DNA from: Ptychomitrium polyphyllum
Lineage: Eukaryota
Assembly: GCA_973851085.1 (NCBI GenBank)
Contig: OZ316775.1
Location: forward strand, 10,850,001 to 10,914,000
DNA: 64,000 bases
Reading direction: 5' to 3'
Shown piece after piece: positions 14,001 to 27,039 of the stretch. Made by a program: the position numbers and the translations under genes. Each line of letters starts with the position of its first letter. Position 1 is the stretch's first letter. The notes under the pieces were generated by a model. It searched no databases, was not told the DNA's origin, and was given only the letters and a program-made list of their open reading frames with translations.

Positions 14001-14543
14001 GGCCTGAGTAGAAGGTTTCGCGCCATAGACACCGTAAGGAGGAGCAAATGAAGCGCTCCGGGTATGGCGAATGCGAGGAGTGCTAGTGGCTTCCACCTTC
14101 CCTGCTTTCGCAACTTCTGAGCTTGTGTCCCCTTTGTAGTCACTGCGAGGAAGTGACTTCGCAGATTCGGGTTTAGGGGGTTGGGCATTCGCCCTGGTGC
14201 TCTCTGGGTGTACGAACGAAGACGATCTTGAGAGAGAGGATTTAGTATCTTTGCTGGTGCTATTGCTCTTCTTTAGGATGCTGCGTGACTGCGAACTTTC
14301 AGCTTTTTCAGAAGGACTGGGACCCTCTTCACGAACATTGTAGAGATTCTTGTAATTATAACTATCTTCCTTGCCGGTTGAAAAGCTGCCTATGCGAGTG
14401 TCGTTAAGGGTGGCTGCGTTGAAGCGTGACCAACCCTGGAAGCGGTCGATTTTGCCGCTAGAGAGTTTCTTGCTAGCAAACACACCGCCATGCATATCGT
14501 AGGAACTGGTGGCCACGGGCTTGCTCTCTGCCTGGCAGGCCAT
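11079..14543 (-). CDS. TTL: Tetratricopeptide-repeat thioredoxin-like (TTL family) protein, about 886 aa, 7 coding exons
   Basis: Exons with GT-AG borders and matching phases: 14543-13514, 13397-12736, 12566-12397, 12270-11937, 11820-11616, 11492-11386, 11231-11079 (2661 nt). Long Ser/Gly/Pro-rich N-terminus. TPR blocks EEVKRAGNEQYKKG...YRSNRGAAL and GNDLYKAG...LLCNRAACRLKLG...KALLRRA. TTL-type ESDAAVVAGADSAPQ. C-terminal Trx-like NFLKVDVEENPYLAKAEGVSFVPTFKIYKNG. Confidence 0.92.
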
Positions 14544-17373
14544 TTTGCATTTACTGGTCTCAAACGCAAAGTCGCACAGTGGGATCGGGAGCACAGGGCT
14601 CTTGTGCTGTTGCTGCTAATTCATTCTAGTAATTGATTGACCACAGACTGCAATTTCGATACAGAGAACGTGATTAGACCCTCAAATATTTCAGCAAGAG
14701 ACGGGATCACTCCACAAGGTTAACACAATGCCTTTGTTACAGTAGTAATAGAAAAACTAGTAAGAAGTTTGTAAGGTATCTGTTTTGTAAAGTATAATAA
14801 CTTCACAAAACAGCGCCGCTCAACAAACAAAGAACCGCTCTCATATAAGAATACACATTATGGCGCGCTGTTGACAAATAGAGCGAGACTTCACACGTCA
14901 TTCAGCAAAATAAATGAAGTTAACACTCGAGTCCACTAGTAGCTACAACGTGTCGTCCTCGAAACTCCATAGCCAACCACAATACTAAAACGAAGATATT
15001 AACAATTAACACACACGCACCTCAATTCACACTCAGATCGGTCACGACGTTTAGCCAGCTTCCTGGAGTCAATCGAATTCTAGCTCTATCTCTCTGGATT
15101 GCTATCCACAAACCTCGAACTTAACTAAAAATTATTAGAGTCATTTCGATCACAGAGCCTAATTGGAGTCACGAGCACAGAATCCGAACTATCCCTGTAA
15201 CTTGCAAATCTTAGATGTCAATGGCTAAGTATAACTCCCTAAGAACAGTACTCACGAGAAGGATAATCTTCAAGCGGAAGGCAATGTTGACAAGAACTAC
15301 TCCAAAATCGCAACAGCGCACCTATCTCAGACAAAACAAGAGCTCGTAGGTAGAAGTATATCCTCTGTACTTCACAAAACTTAAACATTCGTGATCGCAA
15401 ACAAGTAAACTTAAGAGCACTAATAGCAGCACGTTCGCAAACCAAAACAGTTGCAAAAAAACTAAAGCAGCTAAGAAATGTGCAAGCAAAGAGAGAACCG
15501 ACTCCGCAACTCTCGAAATCACGAGAGGCTCTGACAATACCAACGCCAGATACTACAGAGCTTAAAACTACACCCTAACCCCACGAAGAACGACCACCAT
15601 TTCTAACAAGAGGTGATTCAAAAGACGACGAACACAATCCCATCAACACACCGCTTCCTCTGAAAACACGAACCACTGCAGTGAGCGAAGCACCAGGCTC
15701 CCCACAGCGAACATCAATCGCTGAAACGCATTGACACACGGATCTGCAGTCACTACTACACGAAAACTTCAGAAGGTCACAAAACTTCGTACCTGCAATG
15801 CAATCCAACCGTAGGCGCAACTACTCGTCTCCTCGTCTCCAACCTAACAACTGCAGCAGCTCTAGTCCCACACTCAAACCTCAAAGCCTAGGTACCCCTT
15901 CCCCCTGTTTCACCTCCTAGTCAACCTGCGATGACAACACGTCTTCAACGATTCCTTGGACTCCTCCTTCACCAACCGGTCAAGAACCACCAACCCACCT
16001 CATAACAGACGCGCCAACTCTCCCTCCACCACATGGAAACTAGACGATGATCCTTCAAGGTCCAGCTTCAGCTCTCAAGCTTTCAGTATTCAAGAACTCA
16101 TTGTCTAGACTCTAGATGACTGATCAGAGAAGTGACTTGTTATGGGGATAGTGAGCGAAGAACGAGAGGGGGTCGACAATTTGATGCGCGCATGGCTATA
16201 TACTGTCGTGGGCTTTGTGCAGATGCAAGCTGGAGATGGCTGGCCAGGCAATCGATCATCGCGATTGATCGTCACGCGAAACAACCAAACCTTTGCGAGT
16301 TTCTGTCTGTGAACGGCGACGAGAGCTCGTTGATTGGATGAACGATGTTCTATGTGAATGATCTTTTCTTGGATGTGGTGGAATCCCAGATGATAATAAT
16401 AATGGAGGTTTTGCATTTCCAGGGGGGAGGGTTCGTGTGGTGTGCCAGAGCTGGAGAGGACTTCTCAGCTTGCTCGTCATGAGGAGCCTGGTGTCCGGCA
16501 GTGACTGCAGTGGTGGAATATTGGGATGTGGATGGATGTTACAACGGTGTGAATGAAGTAAAAATAAAAAAGGAGGTGCAGTAACATGGGGGTGAGAAAT
16601 ATGTGTGTTTTGAGCTTTAGCGTCAGTGTACATGAAGTGGGTGGCAAGTTTGGTTTCAAATAGGTCCTGCCTGGATGTGTGGGAGCCTTGAATACTACTT
16701 TGATTTTCTGTATTTCTGGAAAACTGAATATGTCTTTCATTGCAAAAGTTACACACGCTTCAATATAAGTTATCAGCTGAGATTGGCCTTGGCCAAAGAC
16801 TGGGACCCCAGGAGGATGAAAAGTTACCTATGAGTGCTATGAAGCTATGGGTGCTCTACAAAGGCTTATTTCTTTTATTGATAAATTGTTTTCTATAGAT
16901 GAGGTCCAACTGGGTCAATGTGTCAATGTGTGGTGTTGGTTAATTATTCACACAAGAAGACGTTACCAACTATGGTAATATGTCATGGTATGTTCATCTT
17001 TTCTTAGGATAAAATGTAATCCATATAGAATTATTGAAGGTATCACTTAATGAAAATGCAACATGCATGACTTTATTTTACCAAAAATATATCAAAAAAA
17101 TATATACCATCATATCATAGTATGTCACAATTTTTTGAAAAAGAAAAAGATGTTGATTAACTTATGTGAATGTTAGATTTTTGTATCAAATTATTTTTTT
17201 GGAGTGTGTATTCTACAACTTATATTTCTTATATAGTCTATAACTTTTTTAATAATTTAAATATTAGAATTTGGCAAATAGATGTAGATTACAAGCCAAG
17301 TGGTTATAAATGTTTGAATACTAAAATTTTGGTCAAATAATTTAGTCTATATTGTCATGTGCACATAATCAAT

Positions 17374-17570
17374 GTACCATTATTGTCAGGAACCATGAGT
17401 TTGCAATCATGTAAGTTTTGAGTAATGACTCTTTGTTCTTGGAAAAGCTTAGATACCATGTTAGTGTACCATTTTGTCAGGACAGGTGTAATGAATCTTG
17501 GATTTTAAAATAAGTCCTCTTGTTTGTGAAGAGCCATGAATACCATGTTACTATATTATTTTTTGTCAGA
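17374..17570. repeat. Degenerate ~90-bp tandem repeat, 2-3 copies
   Basis: Recurring TACCATGTTA and TACCATT(A)TTGTCAG motifs at ~17374, 17453-17480 and 17540-17570. Confidence 0.5.
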
Positions 17571-17720
17571 ATTGCAAGTGATCATTATACTTTTGAGTCA
17601 TGATTTTTCACTGCTACAAAATCTTGTACACCCTTTCATTCAACATTATTGTAAGGATCATGTTTGTCTGAAAGCTCTTAGTTTTTATTCAACATTTTAT
17701 ACTTACAAAGCCATTTACTT

Positions 17721-18065
17721 CAGTACATCCAATTATTGGACTATTATTACAATGGATATTTTTTACAAATGGCCTATGCATTTTGAATCACAACATCACA
17801 ACCATATCTTTTTGTAAAGATATGCCCATCTAGTACATCCAACTATGGAACTATTATTACAATGAATATTCTGACAATTGGCTATGCATTTTGAATCACA
17901 ACATTACACACATCCAATACATGCAATTAACACCCGTCTAGTACATCCAAATGTCAGACTATTATTACAATGGATATCCTTAGAAGTGGAGAATGCATTC
18001 TAAAATACAACATCACATCACAGCCATATTTTTTTATAAAGATATATACACCAAGCACATCTACT
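17721..18065. repeat. Degenerate ~110-bp tandem repeat, about 3 copies
   Basis: AGTACATCCAA...ACTATTATTACAATG(G/A)ATAT...ATGCATT...CAACAT recurs at 17722, 17832 and 17940. Confidence 0.85.
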
Positions 18066-19910
18066 TGGTACATCATTATTAGAATTTATAATTTTATAAT
18101 AGACGGTGATTTCATAAGGTTATTTTATTTTGGAATTTTAAATATTTAATTATTATAACATAATTTCAATTGATATTTTTGATAGTGAGTTATGAAACTT
18201 AAATAATAATTTATTTTTATTTTTTACAGTTTTTACAATAATAAAATTTATGTAACATTATAATAATAATTACTTTATTAACAAGCTCCAAGATGTGATG
18301 TTCTACAAATAAAAATTGTTATATACAATTATTGAATATCAAAAGTTTTACCAGATTATTGGTAAAATAAAATCAAACAAAAATGCATAAACATAACCTT
18401 TAATGTGGTCTAAAATTCATCATAGAGCTCCACCAAACAATTAAGACTACAGTTGCATGTACATGACGATGAATGCCACAATGATGTCATAATAATCAAA
18501 TAAACTAAGAAGGCTAAATAAAAAGTAATTTAAGACGTTTGTATGTTGAATGCAATGTGAGTTCCATTTTAATTACCTTTGATAGCTTTTGGATTTAACT
18601 TCAATTATCAATCTTCACACCAAGATTTAAATTTAAAATTGCAACAACTATTACCAAGTAGATGTGTACTTGGCTATTAATAATGGGACAAACTTACATA
18701 AAAATTATAATTGTTTTCAATTAAAACAACATGCTAGAAAGCCTTCCTAAAATGTGGGCAAATCCAATTTCTATAAGGTAGAGTAGAAAGAATAATGTGG
18801 AACATGCCACATACCAACTTATTGGCATTAATTTCATAATAGCATAGTAGGCACTTTTTTCTTTTCACCACACACAAAATAAAGAAGGCCAATTAGAACA
18901 ATTGCTTGCTTAAAATGGATAGAACCATTAATAGGAAAATTGCACGGAATACAAATCTTGGAATGTTGGAAATATTTCCATCAATTTTTGCTTTCAAGCA
19001 ATAAAATACCACTAGATAACACATCCTTTACTCTAAGAATTATGCCCTTGCCTTAAATTAAGAGTAGCGGATGCTTTACATTGCGAGGACACATAAGCCC
19101 TTCCAATGAAATAACATCATTGAGGCCAATAAGTGTTGCTATAAATATAAACATCATCCAAAGTATTACAATGTTGAGAAATACATAAGTTCTTTATAGC
19201 CACTAACATAACATTCTTGAATACATGTATATGATTGTGTATACATTGTGTTCAAACATCATGGTTATTTTAAAATTGACTAAGAACTTAAAATAAATAT
19301 CCAAATGTACTAGAAAATTATGGTTTTATTAAGCATCAATCCATGGCTCTATACATGTCAAAAATTATTCAAGATATTTTCATGTTTATTTTAGGAATTT
19401 AAACTTTGTATCATTTAGATACAAATTGCTTTTAAAACCTTGTTCACTTTGTAAAATTATAAAAATGAAATTTGTAGTGGAGGTTACAACAAAAAATACC
19501 ACTAGAACAATTTATTTTTTCCTCACATTTATTGTAGATACATGATATCTTAAGTTTTTCATTACATTAAGTAAAAAATTAGAATACAAGCCCAAATAAA
19601 ACCTTTAGTTCTTAGAGGGTTAAAAAAACTCATTCCTTACAACTTTAAAGAGTTTTTAATTTGTGAAGATTGTAAACACAATTCAGACCTGGTTGTTGGA
19701 ATTTAATAAGAATCTATTTTAAGAAACAACTAAGAACAACTAATAACTTTTAGAACTTGAAAAAACCATTTATTTTCATATTTGAAAATTGATATTTATA
19801 TTATTATCATTTTCATGTTTTCTTCATTATGGATCATGACCCTATTACTTAGATTCACACCTCATCTCACTTAGCACTCAACTTTGGGCCTCGTCTCACT
19901 TAGCACTCCC

Positions 19911-20400
19911 TTATTTGGTGAAATATATCCCACGCATGATGGTCTGATCCTCGAAACAAGGTACCACTTGTGTCGTGGGGTTAGAGCCCAAGCTCGCAAG
20001 TGTAAACAGGACCTTACTCAAATTATCCTCTAGCAGCTGTGCAAAGCGGAGCTCAGAGGCATCCGCATTGCCAGAAGTCTGACTGCTGAATGGCATCACC
20101 TTCCGAAGGAGGTTGTACTCCATGAGTCCATATATTATCACGGGATGAAAGTATAATGGATGAAAATAGAACGAGCTTTGTAAATTTCGTTGGTGAACAC
20201 TTATCCTGCCCAAGGGTTTCAGACGAAATTAATGAAAAGCAGCCCTCTGTTGCAATTTTCTGAAATCCATCATATTGTCTCTGGAGCTGCCTATTTGGTG
20301 CAGCTTCGGGGAAATCATTGACATCCATTGCATATTGTTTCTATGATTGAGGGATGAAACTCAATGACCCCTTCAAATACCATCTGTTGTACACTATCTA
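19911..20400 (-). pseudogene. Possible gene fragment of unknown identity
   Basis: GC-richer island in AT-rich DNA with two overlapping protein-like frames (MDVNDFPEAAPNRQLQRQYDGFQKIATEG and LLRKVMPFSS...ELRFAQLLEDNLSKVLFTLASLG). No family recognised. Confidence 0.25.
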
Positions 20401-23400
20401 CAAGTGAAAGAGAGATGCTTAAGTTTAGTGCCATTCAACAACAATGGCTGAGTTACCCCAAACATCAACATTGTCTGCAACTGAAGGACACTTGGAGTAA
20501 ACAATGGCTGCTGTGCTCTTACACATCAACACTGGCTACTCTTCTGCTCTTTATTTTGATTTGCTAGCTGCATTGTTATGCTCTTTTCTTTTCTTCAAAA
20601 GTGCTTATTCAGCAACAGCTGCAGAAAAGCTAAACTCCCTAGCATATAACCTCAGGCAATAATAAAAAGGCCTTCAGTATCCCAACAATCAGCTGTCACA
20701 CCCCCTCCTAAATCTAAAGGTTGTAAAACTTATTGACTTTGTACAAGCTTGTTTCTATTTATATGAAATCTTACTGAGCCACATCCAGCCAAATTGGCTA
20801 AATTCTGTATAGACATTGTTCACAAGTTAAGCTTTACAGGGTGTACTTGCTATGGAGATTGACAGCAATAGCCTTAACAAAACGAGATTAGGTGAAGTTC
20901 TAAAGGAGCACCTAATTGAAATCACAGTTAACATTAAAGTATGAACATCAGTAATTGGGATCACCTATTGATAGTGTATACTATTACCCTCACTACAATA
21001 CTGTGCAATCTCAATAAATGAATGTCTAATATTCTCTTGATACATTGAACAGAGGAAATAAACATGAGTAAATAACCTCATAGAGAACTGGGTCCTTCTA
21101 GCGGATTGGCATGAACATAGAACAACTCCACCTTTTTAAACAACTCCACCTTTTTTAAGTAGACAAATTTTAGTGATCAATGACCTCATATCATCTATAA
21201 AGGCTCAGTATTAATAGCGTTTTAATGTAGTCAGAAGAACTCAATTTTGTCTTGAAATATGGATTTTTTTTACAAATCATAGTGAATACATATGCCAATA
21301 AGTTAATGAACCTGATAATTGAAATTTGGTGTGTTGGTTAAAGGATGGCCTGAAGTTTAAGTTGAAATTGTTCTTTTGGAAATGGAAATAAAACAAAAGT
21401 CCCTATTGCAATTTCATGCTCATTTTTAACAATAATCCATATAAGGTGCAAAACCGTTACCATTTTAAAAGCATACAATTAATTACATGTATAATTGTTT
21501 GAAATTCATCTTGCCAAAATTATTGAGCTTGATTAAACTCTAAACCAAATAGTAAGTCAATGACTTTGCAACACTTTTGAACATGTTTACATCTAAAGTT
21601 GAAGGGTTGCACTCCAAAATAACCTCTCCAGTTTTTATTAATAGAGAGCATTAATATTTTACAGTTGGACTTACACTAAGCAAAACATGAGTTGCAATTG
21701 ATAAGAATTAGAAGTTTACTCTAAATTGTACATGGCAAATATAGATAGTCTTTTCTAAAGCTCAAGGAAATTTGCTTCTGGCAATCACAAGAAGGTTGTA
21801 CACTTGAAACTTAGAAGTCCAAGCAAAAAAGGTCTATCCTAGAATTATCGTATTTACAAAAATTAATTATGAACAGTAAAAGTTGTAATGTGAATGCTTT
21901 TGAATGTTTTAATTTTCTTTCTCATCTCTTTTTTAACTTTGGTTTTCAAGTTAATGGCATTATCATATTCTTTTCACTACTGCCATATCCCCTTACTTGA
22001 TATACGCCTAAATTTTGAGCCACAGTCCACTTAAGATCCCTTGTTTGACGGAAAGTACTCCACTTACACTAATCTTATCCCTGTGTAGTGGAAGCCAATT
22101 ATGCACATTAATTTACAAATCACAGCCCCAAGTGTTCACTTGAGTTCACAAAAGTGTAAGTCAATTCGTCTCTTGCTTTCCAGGCCAGTCTCCTCAAGTA
22201 CATGGAGGTTGTCTACGCCTCAGCAATTCATGCAGTGAAAAGCAGAATATAATCTAGGTGGACTACAGAGAGAGAAAGAGGTCAGAAAACAAGAATGCAC
22301 ACCTCAGGTTTGATACCCTCACCTCAATTATTTTGCAACCTATGAACTTTGCGGTTAACTTTATCACCAACTATGGTGGCCCTCGTACAACACACCAAGC
22401 AGCTGTGACTTAGAATTGGAGAAATGGAGGTAGAACTTGCCTTGCAAAAGTAGCATACATTGTGAGCCTTTTTGCAATGAATGGACAAAGGAAACTTCTC
22501 TTAGTTCCGTTCATTGGCAATGCAATTGTGAGTATTCTGGGCCACCAATTATGATAGAAACATATTACCACTGTATTGTAGCATTTTTTTTAGCGTCCAT
22601 GTATGGTCCTTTTAATTACACTAGGTGGCCCTGCATGCTTTTCATCAGCTTCACTTCACAGAGACTGAAGGTTTGTGTGTTCTCAAATTCTATATGTTTT
22701 TCCAAAAAACTCGTTTTTTAACACTCCTTGGAAGAAAAGAAAGTGACAAGAAGTTCATTAGGCAAAGTGCCTTGTTTTTATCTAATTTCATATGAAGTAT
22801 GTTAAATACTTGATAAATTCTAAGAAAGTTAAAAATAAAAGGCTACAGGCTTCTTTTTACAATATTATCAATGCTTTAAGATAAATCAACCATCATTTTG
22901 TCACCTGGAAATGAATCTTCAAAGCTCCTATCATCAAATTCACATCTGCTTGTTTCTTGAAATTTTTAGAAAAAACAAAAAAAAAAAGGTTGCGTTTTCA
23001 TAAAGGGCAAGAGGGAAATGAATTTATGCAATGGATATAAGTGCAAAGATGCAACATCGTTTTTTGAACAATCTTTATCTTATTTCATAAACTTTTAGAG
23101 ATTCTTGCATTCTAGGTGTTTTGAAATAAGAATTTTTAAGGTGAGAGATTGAAAATTGGACTAAGCAATTGGAAGGCATAAGAAGAATAGTTTGAAGGTG
23201 CTCTATTCACTTTTTAAAGTATTACTAGAATTGGGCTACATTTATAAATATGGCAAATTATGGAGTTGAAAATTTGGTAGAATGGTTAAAAAGTACATTC
23301 TATAAGAAAATCTAAAGATGGTCCTTATTTTTGATCCAATCCTAACATGCTTGCATTGCACTTTAGTCTTCTATGTAATTTACCAACTTAATCTTAAAAT

Positions 23401-24491
23401 TGTTTCATGCAACTATTTCTTTTAGACAACAATATTAATGGTGTGCATGATGAATTGTAGGCTAATGGAATCATGTCTTAAGAATTGAATTTGTATGATT
23501 GAGAGTAGATGATTTCAACATAATCTTGTATATTATAAAGTATAACATACATTATACTATTTGCTGATTGTACCACCTCCAATAATTGATTTAAAAATCC
23601 TAATTTTTGAAATATATTATGAATATTTTTATCAATTATATGCAAAATCCAATATGATTTTGTTCAATACTTCTTTTTTTTATAATTTTTTTTATTTTGC
23701 TTAAAATGCTATAGCCTTAAATATGTTATTAAAAAAAATGGGATTATTACTTTCACTCATGTCATAGTCAAATACTAAGAAATTTGATTTATTTCTAAAA
23801 TTCTTCCACCATAATCTCTCTAATTATAACCAACTTGTATTGTATTTAAATCTTCTACAATGTAATTGTAACTTATGTATTGAATGCAATGATTTGTATT
23901 TAATTAAATTTTAATGTAAATTGTTTAAATAATATAAGTTATTATTGATTAATGTGTCATAATTATATCTAAAAGTATATAAGTAACATTTTATCCACAA
24001 GAATTTGTATCAAATGTATTAAAAAAGCATATATTTTGTATTTATTAAAGTGGTTGTTTTAATATTTTTTCTTTATTTAATCAATTGACATTTTTTTTTT
24101 TGGTGGCATCTATGCCTTGCTGAAGAATTAACTATTATCTCATGTAATATTGGTCCAATTATGGCTGCTATTCCTTTTAGTGCAAATTTATACAAAAATA
24201 TAAGTTTTTGTAAATTTTTATGTTTTAATTATTTTTGAAATGAAAATATTTTGAACTTTAATTTTTGCCTCATTATGGTTTAAAAATCTACAACTTCATT
24301 GATGTGCAGTTCCTTTATTCAAGAGCTTTTTAACAACATTCTCAATGGTTCTATAATATGGAAGATTTCAAATACTCTTATAAACCAAAATAAACCAAAT
24401 CATACAATCCAACATTTAAATAGGGCAAAACAAATTATAAATTTTTAATATTATATACAACATATTTGGACAGACAAATTATTATGATGTG

Positions 24492-24517
24492 ATATATATA
24501 TATATATATATATATAT
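24492..24517. repeat. (AT)n microsatellite
   Basis: About 13 AT units. Confidence 0.95.
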
Positions 24518-26939
24518 GAATGATATTTGGAAGGTTTATGAGCCCATTCATAAAGAAAATGGAATCAATTAGCAATGTAATTTTTTTAAAGATTAAAAAT
24601 TGTCTTATGCTCATGCTTCTTTGAATTAATCTTTATACAAAGACCTTAATGTATAATTATTAAAAAAAAACATTAATGTTTGTTTTTTGTGTAATGTTTT
24701 ATTTTCAAAATAGATATTACAAAACAATATTATATAAATGCATCATAAATAAATTAATTTGAAAACCTATTTTAGGCATATATATTGTATTGAAAATTGA
24801 AAGAAATGTACATAATAATAATATGTTAATTTTTTTTTATTGATATAGTTAAATTTCAATAATATTAACATTTTGACCATTTGTCACATAAATTTCTTCT
24901 TCATAATTTTAAGACTTTGATGTCTTAAATTATAGAGTGCTTGATCTTTTGGAGTTTTTATTTATTTATATTTTAAAAATAACACAAACATAATAGAAGT
25001 TAAAAACATAATTTTCAATGTATCATACACAATTTAATTAAAAAAAACACCCACATATACATAGAATTACGGTTTCAAAAATTTGACATCTATGTCATTC
25101 AACTAATGACAAAGATGCTTAAAATTTAATGCCATAGGTCACTTAGAATAAGAGCGTTTCTTTACAAATTTAGTAGTGTAGAATTTATGAAATTGCCAAG
25201 ATTTAGTAAAAATATTCTTTGATGTAGATACAATATAGATGAAAACCATGAAACCATATAGATTGAAAGACCATCATCTTTTTATTAATGTTAAAAAAAT
25301 TGGCTAATAAAAATTTATAATGAAAATTCTTTTATTGAATTTGGTATTACAAATATCTTTTAAAACAAAATGTTTGTCGTTGTCTTAAGAACACATTGAT
25401 GCCAAAGAGATCATTACAAAGAGTTGGTAGTATTAAAAATGCACTTGCAATGTCAAAATTGGCCCAAATTTTAAAGTACAAATCCAAAGCTACTAAATTT
25501 TGAATTGTAATGTATGTTTTTAACAATCCATACCAAATTTATCTCTTAACTTCTCTTTTCCACCACATGAACATCTCATTCACATATTGTAACTAATCCG
25601 GTAATGGTACCTTCCCAAAGTTCTAATTACATACTTATCTATAACATGTGCTTCAAAACCTTGAAATTTTGAGTTAATTGTTCCATTTATTATAGCACTA
25701 ATAATAGAATGAAGCTCCATAAAGAATCCAGCTCACAAGGCAAATCACGAAAACAATCACCAGAATAGTCAGTTTATTTAGCGAGTCACTAACTTATCTT
25801 AATTGGAATTACGAAATAATCACACCCTTCGTGGAAAATGGGACCATATGTAAAACAATAATGTCACCTCATAGGCTGGTTGCTTTCTCAAAAACAAAGT
25901 ACCATTTTAGCAAACTATAATCATCCTCCCAGCGAGGTTTGACATCCACGAGTGGGGAACGGAGTCGGTGCACTCAAATGGCGTAGGGAACGTTTTGTCC
26001 GCTCCCAAATATCGTCGATCTAAAGGGGCAGGCTCACTAATAAAGCGTGATTGGAGCCAATTAAATATCACCACACGACGTACGAATGATTGCGGAGGAA
26101 GCTTCCGCAGCTTTAATAAGAAAAGTAAATGACCTGGTGGACTCACGATTCTCTGCTACATTCTACTAAACAGTTCAATATTTTCCAAGTGGACTGACAC
26201 ATATGCCTCGCATTCCTCCTTTTCCGACCCCCTTGTCTTCTGCACATATCAATGTTTAACGAATTCAATGCCAAACATGTGTTCTCGTTTTTCTCATTTT
26301 TCCTTAGGAATCAGTCAACTCCAGAAATGTGCAATTATACCAAACTAAATAGTAAAAAGTAATCGAGATCAAATTTTCTTTACTTTAAAATGCAAACTGT
26401 GTGTTTGGTTCAGTGTTTTGAATGTTTGATCACGACGTGCATCTTTTAGTGGTTGGGGTGGGTCACCCTGAAGGCAGCACATGAGAATCATGATTTTATA
26501 GCAGCTAAGCACAGTTCTTATTGGCCACAATTCTTTTAATTAAATATACCGATAGAAGAATTATATTTTATGTATATGTTAGAGTATATTTTTTGTACAT
26601 AGTATGAATAAGTTATAAATTGTTATTCAAACCTGAGAAACTCAAAACTAAACGATTATGTTATATAATGACTAGAAGTCTTGCTAAAGAATAACATGTA
26701 TCATGGTAGATCCAACTTCATTACAATATAAGTGATTTCACAAATATTAGGAGATAGAGCAAAAAAAAATCAGTATTTTAAGCTTTTTTTGCATATATGC
26801 TATGGTGATATATATAAGGTATGTTTCATTTTTTATGATAGAGCAATAAAGATTACAAACAACAATTATTTCATATTAAGCCTAATGGGAAAATTATTGG
26901 AAAATTTTAAAATGAAATATTAGCAATGACCTTTAATTT

Positions 26940-27039
26940 NNNNNNNNNNNNNNNNNNNNNNNNNNNNNNNNNNNNNNNNNNNNNNNNNNNNNNNNNNNNN
27001 NNNNNNNNNNNNNNNNNNNNNNNNNNNNNNNNNNNNNNN
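26940..27039. other. Assembly gap
   Basis: Exactly 100 N, a typical placeholder for a gap of unknown size. Confidence 0.99.

Noticed and set aside
13268..14051. Plus-strand ORFs overlapping TTL
   Set aside because: Antisense shadows of GC-rich coding exons.
25962..25971. GAGTCGGTGC, matching the end of the Cas9 sgRNA scaffold
   Set aside because: Only 10 nt match and the rest of the scaffold is absent, so this is a chance match.
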